This document shows positions 30,270-39,610 of a stretch of DNA of 64,000 nucleotides, piece by piece (position 1 is the stretch's first letter; every line of letters starts with the position of its first letter). The stretch spans positions 256,001-320,000 of the forward strand of contig JBFWNL010000003.1 in the NCBI GenBank assembly GCA_050251055.1, read 5' to 3'. A program made the translations under genes and the position numbers. The stretch comes from Bacteriovoracia bacterium (GTDB taxonomy: Bacteria > Bdellovibrionota > UBA1018 > JBFWNL01). The notes under the pieces are model-generated. The model was not told where the DNA came from. It saw only the letters and a list, made by a program, of their open reading frames with translations, and did not search any database.

Positions 30270-32365
30270 TGAGCGGCATTCGGATCATTTTGCAGATCGC
30301 GTTTCGCAACCTGTTCGCGAACTTCCTGAACCTGGTCATCGGCGGCATCGTGCTCGTGGGCACGCTGCTCTTCGTGGTGGGCGGCTCTTTTCTCAACAGC
30401 GTCGATCAATCGATGTCCAAGAGCATCATCGGCAGCGTGTCGGGCCACGTGCAGGTATATTCGAGCAAGTCGAAGGAAAAACTCGCGCTTTTCGGAGACT
30501 TCGGTTTTCCGGATTTGGCGGCGATCCCTGATTTTTCGAAGGTAAAAAACTCCCTCACGACGATTCCGAATGTGCAGACGGTGATCCCCATGGGCGTCAA
30601 CAGCGCGAGTATCACCTTCGGCAATACGCTCGACCAAGTACTTGAAAAGCTGCGCGCGGCGGTGAAACGCCGGATGGCGGGCGATCATTCGCGTGAGCTC
30701 GCGGATAAGATCGCGAGCCTCAAGAGCCACGTACGACATATCGCGGGCGTAATCCAAACCGATTACCAACGTTTTAGTGTAATGGCCTCGGCCGATGCCG
30801 TGGACAGTGATGGTCTCGCCTCGTTGAAACGCGCTACCTCCGACTCCTTCTGGGCTGGCTTCGACGCCGACGCGTTGAACCAGCTCGAATTTCTCGAAAA
30901 TAAGGTCGCCTCCTTGCTTCCCGATGCTGATTACATTTTCCTCAACTACATGGGCACGGACCTCGAGGCGTTCAAACGCTCGTTTGACCGGATGGAAATC
31001 GTAACTGGCAATATGGTGCCCGAGCGACAGCGCGGGATCGTGCTCTCTCAGTATGCCTACGAAGAGGCCTTCAAACTCAAGAGCGCACGTCGTCTCGACA
31101 AGATCAACGAAGCCTTGACGGAAAAAGGCCAGCGCATCGCGAACGAGCCCGATCTGCAGCAGATGATCAAGCACAACCGCAGCCAAACCCGCGAGATCAT
31201 TCTCCAGCTCGACCCCCTCGCCATGCGGCAGTTCGTGGGGTACCTGCAGGACTTCTTGAAAGACAACCGCACGGAAGCCGCGCCTTTGCTCGCCACGTTT
31301 TTCGAGATGAATGACGAAAACTTCGCCCCGCGCTACAAGTTCTTCTACGAGAAACTCGCCCCCATGCTCGAGCTCTATCGATTGAAACCGGGTGAATCAC
31401 TCATCATCAAGGCTTTCACGAAATCGGGTTTCATCCAGACCATCAGTATAAAGGTCTACGGCACGTTTCAGTTCAAGGGCCTCGAGAAATCGGGCCTGGC
31501 CGGCAGCATGAGCCTCATGGACCTGATGTCCTTCCGCGACCTCTATGGCTACGTAACGCCCGAAAAAATCGCCGAGACGGAGGCGCTGAAGAAAACCGTC
31601 GACTCCCAGTTCGTGAAACGCGACGAGGCGGAGGCGGCTCTGTTCGGCGGCGATAGCATCGTCGAGACGGGCCGCAGCCGACAGATCGATGACCGCGCGG
31701 AAATGGGCGGGGTGAAGTACACGACCACGGGCGATACCGGTGCCGGCCGAGTCTACACGCAAGCGGAGATTGAAAACGGCGTCGCCCTGAACGCGGCCGT
31801 TATCCTGAAGGATCCGACCCAGCTAGAAGCCACCATGAAAGAGATTGCGGCCGTCTCCCAGCGGGATGGGCTCGACCTAAACGTGGTCGACTGGCAAGAA
31901 GCGGCGGGTAACGTGGGGCGCTTCGTCTTCGTCGCCAAAATGGTGCTCTACTTTGCTGTTTTCATCATTTTTGTGGTGGCGCTCGTCGTGATCAACAACG
32001 CCGTGATGATGGCGACCCTCCAGCGTATCCGCGAAATCGGCACCATGCGCGCGATCGGGGCCCAACGCGGCTTCGTGCTCGCGCTGGTCGTACTCGAGAC
32101 CGTATTCCTGGGCCTGGCGTTCGGGTCGGTCGGCACCTTCCTGGGCGCCCTCGCGGTGAAGTGGCTGGGCTGGAAAGGGATTCCGGCTGTCAGCGATTTT
32201 CTTTACTTCTTCTTCTCGGGGCCTCGGCTCTTTATCAGCCTCGGCACCGGTAGCGTGATCGGCGCGATCATCGTGATCGGGCTGGTGACGGCGATTTCGG
32301 CGCTCTATCCGGCTATTATCGCCACCCGCATCGCTCCCGTGCGCGCCATGCAAAGCGAAGACTAA
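30269..32365 (+). CDS. FtsX/LolE-like ABC permease with very large periplasmic domain
   Basis: IAFRNL N-terminus and one TM, then a ~500-aa soluble domain. RIREIGTMRAIG and three C-terminal TMs. Confidence 0.9.
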   Translation: MSGIRIILQIAFRNLFANFLNLVIGGIVLVGTLLFVVGGSFLNSVDQSMSKSIIGSVSGHVQVYSSKSKEKLALFGDFGFPDLAAIPDFSKVKNSLTTIPNVQTVIPMGVNSASITFGNTLDQVLEKLRAAVKRRMAGDHSRELADKIASLKSHVRHIAGVIQTDYQRFSVMASADAVDSDGLASLKRATSDSFWAGFDADALNQLEFLENKVASLLPDADYIFLNYMGTDLEAFKRSFDRMEIVTGNMVPERQRGIVLSQYAYEEAFKLKSARRLDKINEALTEKGQRIANEPDLQQMIKHNRSQTREIILQLDPLAMRQFVGYLQDFLKDNRTEAAPLLATFFEMNDENFAPRYKFFYEKLAPMLELYRLKPGESLIIKAFTKSGFIQTISIKVYGTFQFKGLEKSGLAGSMSLMDLMSFRDLYGYVTPEKIAETEALKKTVDSQFVKRDEAEAALFGGDSIVETGRSRQIDDRAEMGGVKYTTTGDTGAGRVYTQAEIENGVALNAAVILKDPTQLEATMKEIAAVSQRDGLDLNVVDWQEAAGNVGRFVFVAKMVLYFAVFIIFVVALVVINNAVMMATLQRIREIGTMRAIGAQRGFVLALVVLETVFLGLAFGSVGTFLGALAVKWLGWKGIPAVSDFLYFFFSGPRLFISLGTGSVIGAIIVIGLVTAISALYPAIIATRIAPVRAMQSED

Positions 32366-32382
32366 CCTATGAGGATCGAAGC

Positions 32383-33684
32383 ATGAAACAGCTCTTTTTG
32401 ATCGCCATCCGCAACCTCATTCAAAACCGCAAGCGCACGATCTACCTGGGCGGCGCCATCGCGGGCGTGAGCTGCCTGCTCGTGATGCTGCTCTGCCTGT
32501 CTTCCGGCATGCGGCAAACGATGTTTAAATCCGCGACCGTACTGCAAACCGGCCATCTGAACGTGGGGGGATTCTACAAAGTGACCTCGGGCCAATCCGC
32601 ACCCGTGGTAACCGACTATAAGAAGCTTTCGGAGATCGTGCGCCAAACCCTACCCGACCTCGATTATCTCGTGGCTCGGGGCCGCGGTTGGGCAAGACTG
32701 GTGAGCGATTCGGGTTCAGTCCAGGCGGCCATCGGCGGGCTCGACTATTCCCAAGAAGGCGCCTTTAAGAACGCGATCCAGGTCATTTCGGGTAACCTAG
32801 ACGAACTTTCCCAGCCCGGCACGATCATGATCTTCGAAGAGCAGGCCAAGAAACTCGAAGTGAAGGTGGGCGACACCCTTGTGATCTCGTCCACCACCAC
32901 CCGCGGAATGAACAACACCATCGACGTGCGCGTGGTCGCCATCGCCCACGACCTGGGCATCCTGAGCTCGTTCAACGTATTCATCCCCGACGAATCCGTA
33001 CGCAAGCTCGAGCAGCTCAACGCCGATGCGACCGGCGCCATCCAAATTCATATTAAGGACATCGCCCGCATTCCCCAAGACATGGAGCTGCTGCGTAACG
33101 CGTTTTCGGCAGCCGGTTACCAGCTGATGGATCGCGAAGCGAAGCCCTTTTGGGAAAAATTTGACTTCGTGAACCGCGAGGACTGGACGGGGCAGAAGCT
33201 TGACATCACCACCTGGGAGGAAGAGATGTCCTTCTTCAAATGGGTATTCACCGCCATCGAAGGCCTGATGTTCGTGCTCACGACGATCCTGCTCGTGATC
33301 ATCTCCATTGGTATCATGAATTCGATGTGGATAGCCATCCGCGAGCGCACGCGCGAGATCGGCACCCTGCGCGCGATCGGCATGCAGCGCATGCGCGTGA
33401 TGGCGATGTTCGCGATCGAAGCGTTTTGCCTGGGCTCGCTCGCTACCGTCGCCGGCGCGGCGATCGGCATTGGGCTGGCCGCCTTACTGAACTCGGCCCA
33501 GATCAGCGTCCCGTTGAACGCGCAGTTTCTGCTCATGTCGAACACGCTTAAGCTTACGGTAGATTTCTCACGTATTTTGACCGGCATGTCGGTCATTACG
33601 GCGTGTACCACTTTGGTTTCGTTGATTCCGTCGATCCATGCGGCCCGCATGAAACCCATCACCGCCATGCACCACATTGGCTAA
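32383..33684 (+). CDS. FtsX/LolE-like ABC permease
   Basis: IAIRNL and ERTREIGTLRAIG. 1+3 TM topology. Confidence 0.92.
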   Translation: MKQLFLIAIRNLIQNRKRTIYLGGAIAGVSCLLVMLLCLSSGMRQTMFKSATVLQTGHLNVGGFYKVTSGQSAPVVTDYKKLSEIVRQTLPDLDYLVARGRGWARLVSDSGSVQAAIGGLDYSQEGAFKNAIQVISGNLDELSQPGTIMIFEEQAKKLEVKVGDTLVISSTTTRGMNNTIDVRVVAIAHDLGILSSFNVFIPDESVRKLEQLNADATGAIQIHIKDIARIPQDMELLRNAFSAAGYQLMDREAKPFWEKFDFVNREDWTGQKLDITTWEEEMSFFKWVFTAIEGLMFVLTTILLVIISIGIMNSMWIAIRERTREIGTLRAIGMQRMRVMAMFAIEAFCLGSLATVAGAAIGIGLAALLNSAQISVPLNAQFLLMSNTLKLTVDFSRILTGMSVITACTTLVSLIPSIHAARMKPITAMHHIG

Positions 33685-33691
33685 CCGAGGT

Positions 33692-34531
33692 ATGAAAACC
33701 ATGACGCAACTACTTTCCTTGACCGCTCTGATAATCGGAATCATTCCCGGACATGCTTCCGTTGCACTGTCCGCTCCTGCGGCGAAACCCGCGGCCGTGA
33801 CGCCGACGGGCGGCGCAAAACTAGATAGCAAACAGATGATGGACCTTTTGGCCGGGATCGACCAGCGCATCCGTAGCCCCGGCGACTACAAGTCGCTCGT
33901 GTACCTGGAGCAACGCGAAAAAGATAAACCGGATGTAGTGCGCGAAGCGCTTGTCTACCGCCGCGACGTCGACCAAAAACTCATGATTCTCTTTACCAAG
34001 CCCAAGGCCGAAGCCGGTAAGGGCTACCTGCGGCTCGACAAGAACCTTTGGTACTACGATCCGGGAGTGGGTAAGTGGGAGCGCCGCACGGACCGTGAAC
34101 GCATCGCCGGAACGGACTCGCGTCGGCAAGACTTCGATCAATCGAACCTCGCCGGCGAATACAAGCCCGCGTTCGAAGGCGAGGAAAAACTCGGCAACTT
34201 CGACGTGTGGGTGCTGAAACTCACCGCGAACCCCGGTATCGACGTCGCCTACCCGATCGTGAAGTTTTGGATCGACAAAGCCACAGGCAACGATCTTAAG
34301 CGTCAGGACTTCGCGCTCTCGGGCCGCTTGATGCGCACGTCTTATAACCCAAAATGGCAGAAGCTCTTCAGCAAGGCAAAAAATGCCGAGCTTTGGTACC
34401 GCCAGGAAGTACGTATCTACGACGAAGTGGACAAGGCGAACTCGACGCTGGTCGTGATCAAGAGCGTGGATTTGGATCCCCTACCCGAGAACATGTTCAC
34501 GAAGGCGTGGCTAGAATCCAAGAGTAGATAG
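33692..34531 (+). CDS. Outer-membrane lipoprotein-sorting (LolA-like) periplasmic protein
   Basis: Signal peptide and F-x2-P-x3-AG-x-GYL-x4-NLW-x-Y-x-P, GTDS-x3-DF pattern. C-terminal LPENMFT. Cassette context. Confidence 0.8.
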   Translation: MKTMTQLLSLTALIIGIIPGHASVALSAPAAKPAAVTPTGGAKLDSKQMMDLLAGIDQRIRSPGDYKSLVYLEQREKDKPDVVREALVYRRDVDQKLMILFTKPKAEAGKGYLRLDKNLWYYDPGVGKWERRTDRERIAGTDSRRQDFDQSNLAGEYKPAFEGEEKLGNFDVWVLKLTANPGIDVAYPIVKFWIDKATGNDLKRQDFALSGRLMRTSYNPKWQKLFSKAKNAELWYRQEVRIYDEVDKANSTLVVIKSVDLDPLPENMFTKAWLESKSR

Positions 34532-34621
34532 GCTTCGCCGCTCACCGGATAACCGGCAGACATTGCCCATTTTTAAAACCGGTTGATTTGGCGAAGCATC
34601 CTGCGAGCATGTTAAGTAACC

Positions 34622-36112
34622 ATGCGTTTCGCCAAGCGGTTTCATATTCTCGCGGCAATCGCCGGGTTCGTTGCCGGCGTTAACTCACTTTCGCACGCGG
34701 ATCCCAAAGAACGCGAGGGCGGCCGGCCCAGCGAAGCCGACATTTTCGGCGCGCCTGCAGATGCGGCGGCGAATCCGACTAAGCCCGTCCAGGCTACTGG
34801 TACCGCGAGCCCACCGCCGAACTCTTCCCAAACCTCCGTGGGACCCGCGACGACCGAGGCCGACCCACGCGCTGCCGAACTCGCCGCGCCAGCCCACTCG
34901 TTCAAAGACCAATTCGCGGCCGGCACCGCCGTCGACAATCCACTACAAATCGGCGGTCGTTACTATCAACGCCTTATTCTCAGCGGGCAAGAAGGCAGGG
35001 GTCTCACGAACGCTCCGTTGGCTGCACCCCTGCAATTTGATGGCTTCCTCGACGGACGCCCCAATGATCGCCTGCGCGGCTACATCAATAGCCGCCTCAG
35101 CTACGACCCCACTTCCACCGCTAACGCTTCGGTCGCCCTCGATCAGGCATGGTTGAAGTTTGATATCGACCGCGCCGTCTTCGTCACGGCGGGCAAACAG
35201 CATGTGAAGTGGGGTACCTCCCGATTTTGGAATCCGACGGACTTCCTGAGCAACCAACGCCGCGATCCTCTCTTGCCCTACGATCTGCGCCTGGGCAGCG
35301 GCATGGTAAAATTCGACTTGCCGATGGAGGCATCCCGCAGTGCGATCTACGCGATCTTGTTGCTCGATAATCCTTCGGCGGCGGGCACCGCCGGAAAAAC
35401 GGGCCTAGCCCTCCGGGGAGAAACTACCGCCGGCAATACCGTCATGGGATTAGATTTCGTCTTCCGCGGGCAGCGCTCGCCGGTTTACGGCGCCGATCTC
35501 ACGAGCCCGCTCGGGCCGTTCGACATCTACGCCGAACTCGCGTATCAGCCGCGCCCGAGCGGCAGCCAGTATCAGCTGCTCGCGCCACCGACCGCGGGCG
35601 CCGATTTATCAAGCTTCGTACTCGCCACCCCGCGCACGGGATCGGCCACGCAAGCGAGTGGCGGATTGTCCTACAGTTTTTCGTGGAAAGAAAATCGCGT
35701 CGCCACCGCCGGGATCGAGTATTTTTACAACGCCCTTGGCTACGGCGACATCGGCGCCTACCCCGTGCTCTATGCCACGGGCGAATTCCAACCCTTCTTC
35801 TTAGGTCGACACTACTTCGGGCTCTATCTGACTGCGGAAGGCCCGGACGAAGCCAAGCGCACTTCCTACACCTTCACGTTGCTCGGAAATCTTTCGGATC
35901 ACTCTTATCTAGGACGCATCGACTTCGCTTGGCGGGTGCTCACCTATCTCACCTTCGATATCTACCTCAACGGTCACTTCGGCCAACCGGGCGGAGAGTT
36001 TCGTTTTGCCATGCAGACCCCCGCGCTGACGTACTCGGGTACGACAATTCCAGCGGTGAACCTGCCGAATGCGATCTTCGATCTTGGCCTCGGTCTGCGC
36101 TTAGATTTTTAA
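34622..36112 (+). CDS. Putative outer-membrane beta-barrel protein
   Basis: Signal peptide and Pro/Ala linker. DQAWL...VTAGKQ-x3-WG-x4-WNPTDF. C-terminal beta-signal GLGLRLDF. Confidence 0.75.
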   Translation: MRFAKRFHILAAIAGFVAGVNSLSHADPKEREGGRPSEADIFGAPADAAANPTKPVQATGTASPPPNSSQTSVGPATTEADPRAAELAAPAHSFKDQFAAGTAVDNPLQIGGRYYQRLILSGQEGRGLTNAPLAAPLQFDGFLDGRPNDRLRGYINSRLSYDPTSTANASVALDQAWLKFDIDRAVFVTAGKQHVKWGTSRFWNPTDFLSNQRRDPLLPYDLRLGSGMVKFDLPMEASRSAIYAILLLDNPSAAGTAGKTGLALRGETTAGNTVMGLDFVFRGQRSPVYGADLTSPLGPFDIYAELAYQPRPSGSQYQLLAPPTAGADLSSFVLATPRTGSATQASGGLSYSFSWKENRVATAGIEYFYNALGYGDIGAYPVLYATGEFQPFFLGRHYFGLYLTAEGPDEAKRTSYTFTLLGNLSDHSYLGRIDFAWRVLTYLTFDIYLNGHFGQPGGEFRFAMQTPALTYSGTTIPAVNLPNAIFDLGLGLRLDF

Positions 36113-36221
36113 AAATCTATAATTACAAACAGATAGACTGCCGTCCAAGTGGAGTCCATCGTGAAAGGAAACCCATGAACCGTACTCTCCGCTGAAATCG
36201 CATCGCCGCGCAGAAAAAAAT

Positions 36222-36246
36222 GCCCGCTGGTTTGAGCCAGCGGGCC
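36222..36246 (-). terminator. Intrinsic terminator, copy 1 of a 25-bp direct repeat
   Basis: GCCCGCTGG-TTTGAG-CCAGCGGGC stem preceded by A7 on + (U-tract on -). Identical to 38317-38341. Confidence 0.85.
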
Positions 36247-36272
36247 GCTTTCATCTGGATACGAATTCGGGT

Positions 36273-37334
36273 TCAATGAACCGGAATATCCAAGTTAGGC
36301 TGATAATATAGATCTTCGTAATTCATCATCAAGCTGAAGAACGACTTGAAGCGGCTTGTTTGCGCCAAAAACCGCTGCCAGCCCACGTTCAGGGTATAGA
36401 GTTCCAATCTTGAAAGTTGAACCTCCATACCCGGGACCGTACCTTTAGGTGGCTTCACGTCCAGCACCTTGGCATCCATACCGATGCCGTCTCTAGAGTC
36501 ATCGAACACAATCACGTATTTTTTGTTATCGGAGCCCCAGTTGCCCTGATCCCGCGCTCGGGCCTTGGACGATACATGGCGCCACTTCAAACCAACGTAG
36601 GCGTTTAGATTAAAATTAGCCGGCAAGGTTTCACGAAGGTGCGTGGCCACGAATCTAGCAATCTCTACTTCCTCGTCGCTGCCTGCGCCAAAAAAAGAGG
36701 CGAACTTCACTTCGTCGAAGCCGAAGTAGGTCTTTAAGATCTCCACTGCCTTCGCTTTCACGGAATCGCGTTGTTTAGATAAGCTCAAAGCGGAAAGCGC
36801 CGCCGCCGCCTGATCGTAATCTGCGAGCATGCTGCCCGGCTCCGCAAGGAATGAGCTGCCATCGGTCACATATCTCACTTCGCCACCGCCCAAGAACCAA
36901 GAAGAGACCTGGTATTTGCCATCTTCCACACCCATGATGCCTAGGTACTCGTGAAGGACGAGGGCGACTTTCTTGCGGGGATTCTGGATGGAAACCCAAG
37001 CCTGACGGCTCACCAGGATCTTCTTCTCCGCCGGGGTATTGATGGCTTCCTTCACCACTCCGTTAAGAACGAGCGTACGCTCTACGCACTCGACCGAGAC
37101 CGCGTCGATCATCTGCTGAAAGAGGTTGAGATCGATCTTCTGCAAGGCTTCCGGATACTTCACGCCCAGCTCCCGGCGCAACGTTCGGGCGGTTTCGATG
37201 AATTCGAGCGCGCAGGTATCTCCGCCCCCGCTGGAACCTGGACCCGGTACCAAACCCGACGTCGGCTCTCCAGCCATGACCGGCGCGGCACCCAACAACG
37301 TGAATAGGCTGACCCACAAAGAAAACTTTTTCAT
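36273..37334 (-). CDS. Secreted hypothetical protein with Gly-rich GSSGGGD motif and HExxG motif
   Basis: GGAG RBS, signal peptide MKKFSLWVSLFTLLGAAPVMA and LVLHEYLGIMG. Confidence 0.8.
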   Translation of the reverse strand: MKKFSLWVSLFTLLGAAPVMAGEPTSGLVPGPGSSGGGDTCALEFIETARTLRRELGVKYPEALQKIDLNLFQQMIDAVSVECVERTLVLNGVVKEAINTPAEKKILVSRQAWVSIQNPRKKVALVLHEYLGIMGVEDGKYQVSSWFLGGGEVRYVTDGSSFLAEPGSMLADYDQAAAALSALSLSKQRDSVKAKAVEILKTYFGFDEVKFASFFGAGSDEEVEIARFVATHLRETLPANFNLNAYVGLKWRHVSSKARARDQGNWGSDNKKYVIVFDDSRDGIGMDAKVLDVKPPKGTVPGMEVQLSRLELYTLNVGWQRFLAQTSRFKSFFSLMMNYEDLYYQPNLDIPVH

Positions 37335-37457
37335 AAATACAGCACTCCTAACGCGACTCATAAATCAACTACTACTCACCAGGCCAGCCGCGATTTCAGC
37401 CCAGCGAATGAACCCGGGTTTAACCTGTTTTCTGACGCCCCACGAGGTGCTTATTGT

Positions 37458-37494
37458 TAATATATTACGAATTATGTAATATATTATTACGAAT
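37458..37494. promoter_or_regulatory. Two TAATATATTA palindromes 19 bp apart, candidate operator
   Basis: TAATATATTA at 37458-37467 and 37477-37486, within TAATATATTACGAAT and TAATATATTATTACGAAT. Abuts the regulator ATG. Confidence 0.5.
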
Positions 37495-38305
37495 GGAAGG
37501 GACACCTACCGTATTTGACTTTGATGACTATAAGGATTTTCTTAAAGCCACGTTTTCCGGCAAAGGAACCTGGGGGCTAATCAGCAAATTGGCCGAAGCC
37601 GCGGGGTGCCAGCGTTCGTATCTTTCACGGGTGATCCACGAAGAGGTTCATCTCACCCCCGACCATGGATACGGTTTGGGGAAGGGACTCCGCTTAAACG
37701 CCGACGAGTTCGAATACTTCTTGGCTCTATTGGAAAAAGCCCGTGCAGCATCGAAAAGCTACCGGGAGCACCTAGAAGCAAAAATACGGAGACTGAAACG
37801 CGAACATGAGGATCTTTCCAAACGTGTCCAGCGCCCGGCGCAAACAGTTCTTTCGCCCCAGCTCCAGTCTTACTATTCCTCATGGCACTGGAGCGCCATT
37901 CACATCGCAGTCAGTGTTCCGACGCTGCAGACCGTGCCCGCTATCAGCCGGCGTCTAAGCCTGCCGGAGGCGGCGGTCGAAAGCGCGCTTAGGCAACTCC
38001 ATTCCATGGGCCTGGTCAAAAACGATGGGGGGCGCTGGTCCTACCTACCGACGGAACTGCATACCCCCAAGAATTCCCCTTACGTAAACATGCACCACGC
38101 AAACTGGCGGCAAAGAGCCACGCTCGATGCCCAGGACCCCACGCGCGACAGCCTCCACTACACCGTAGTTCAATCGATGGACCGCAACGCCTACGAGAAA
38201 ATCCGACGGGAGTTTCTCGCGACGATCGAACAAGCGAGCAATATTGCCCGACCAGCGCCGGAGGAAAAACTCGTCTGCATTACCTGTGATATCTTTGAAC
38301 CCTGA
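37493..38305 (+). CDS. TIGR02147/DUF4423-like putative DNA-binding regulator
   Basis: VFDFDDYKDFLK start and an XRE-like HTH (LAEAAGCQRSYLSRVI). EFEYFLALL, YYSSWHWSAIH, a second winged HTH and H-x-NWR. Recognised by eye. Confidence 0.8.
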   Translation: MEGTPTVFDFDDYKDFLKATFSGKGTWGLISKLAEAAGCQRSYLSRVIHEEVHLTPDHGYGLGKGLRLNADEFEYFLALLEKARAASKSYREHLEAKIRRLKREHEDLSKRVQRPAQTVLSPQLQSYYSSWHWSAIHIAVSVPTLQTVPAISRRLSLPEAAVESALRQLHSMGLVKNDGGRWSYLPTELHTPKNSPYVNMHHANWRQRATLDAQDPTRDSLHYTVVQSMDRNAYEKIRREFLATIEQASNIARPAPEEKLVCITCDIFEP

Positions 38306-38310
38306 AAAGC

Positions 38311-38346
38311 AAAAAGGCCCGCTGGTTTGAGCCAGCGGGCCTTTTT
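38311..38346. terminator. Bidirectional intrinsic terminator of tuf and the regulator gene, copy 2 of the 25-bp repeat (38317-38341)
   Basis: AAAAAGGCCCGCTGG-TTTGAG-CCAGCGGGCCTTTTT. Confidence 0.9.
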
Positions 38347-38368
38347 GTTTCTAATCTTCAGCTAAAAT

Positions 38369-39559
38369 CTACTCGATGATCTCGGACACGACGCCGGCGC
38401 CGACGGTCTTGCCGCCTTCGCGAATGGCGAAGCGCAGTTCCTTCTCCATCGCCACCGGGGTGATCAAGTCCACCGTGATCGCGATGTTATCGCCCGGCAT
38501 CACCATCTCCACGTTCGGCGGCAACTCCACGATGCCCGTCACGTCGGTCGTGCGGAAGAAGAACTGAGGACGATACCCCTTGAAAAACGGGGTGTGACGT
38601 CCGCCTTCTTCCTTCTTCAAGATATAAACCGAGCCCTTGAACTTCTTGTGCGGCTTCACCGATCCCGGCTTCGCCAACACTTGTCCGCGCTCGACTTCTT
38701 CCTTCTTCGTGCCGCGGAGCAAAGCGCCCAGGTTGTCCCCGGCTTCGCCGTAATCAAGCAACTTGCGGAACATTTCGATGCCCGTCACCGTCGTCTTCGT
38801 CGTCGGACGCAGACCGATGATTTCCACTTCCTCGCCCACCTTAATCGTTCCGCGTTCCACGCGGCCCGTGACCACCGTACCGCGGCCCGAGATGGAGAAC
38901 ACGTCTTCCACCGGCATCAAAAACGGCTTGTCCTTATCGCGCTGAGGCTGGGGAACGTAAGCGTCCACCGATTCCATCAGCTGCACGATCGCCTTTTCGC
39001 CCAGGTCGCCCTGGTCGCCAGCCAGACCCTTCGTCGCCGAACCCTTGATGATCGGGATCTTGTCGCCCGGGAATTCGTACTTCGAGAGAAGCTCGCGAAC
39101 TTCCATCTCCACCAGGTCCAAAAGCTCCTTGTCGTCGACCATGTCGCACTTGTTGAGGAATACAACAATGGCCGGAACACCGACCTGGCGGGCGAGCAGG
39201 ATGTGCTCGCGCGTCTGCGGCATCGGACCGTCAGCGGCCGAAACCACCAAGATCGCGCCGTCCATTTGGGCGGCGCCCGTGATCATGTTCTTCACGTAGT
39301 CGGCGTGCCCAGGGCAGTCGACGTGCGCGTAGTGGCGCTTGTCCGTTTCGTATTCCACGTGCGAGGTGTTGATCGTGATCCCGCGCTCTTTTTCTTCCGG
39401 CGCGTTGTCGATCTGGTCGTACGCACGTGCCTGCGCGTAACCCTTCTTCGCCAGCACCGTCGTGATCGCCGCCGTCAACGTCGTCTTGCCGTGGTCGACG
39501 TGACCGATCGTCCCGATGTTGCAGTGGGGTTTCTTTCTATCAAATTTCTCTTTTGCCAT
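38369..39559 (-). CDS. tuf: Elongation factor Tu
   Basis: [29 protein letters not shown] and NKCD. Confidence 0.99.
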   Translation of the reverse strand: MAKEKFDRKKPHCNIGTIGHVDHGKTTLTAAITTVLAKKGYAQARAYDQIDNAPEEKERGITINTSHVEYETDKRHYAHVDCPGHADYVKNMITGAAQMDGAILVVSAADGPMPQTREHILLARQVGVPAIVVFLNKCDMVDDKELLDLVEMEVRELLSKYEFPGDKIPIIKGSATKGLAGDQGDLGEKAIVQLMESVDAYVPQPQRDKDKPFLMPVEDVFSISGRGTVVTGRVERGTIKVGEEVEIIGLRPTTKTTVTGIEMFRKLLDYGEAGDNLGALLRGTKKEEVERGQVLAKPGSVKPHKKFKGSVYILKKEEGGRHTPFFKGYRPQFFFRTTDVTGIVELPPNVEMVMPGDNIAITVDLITPVAMEKELRFAIREGGKTVGAGVVSEIIE

Positions 39560-39610
39560 TTTCTACCTTCCTTAAACGCTTAAACTTCCAAAAAACTTCA
39601 CCTAGTTTTC

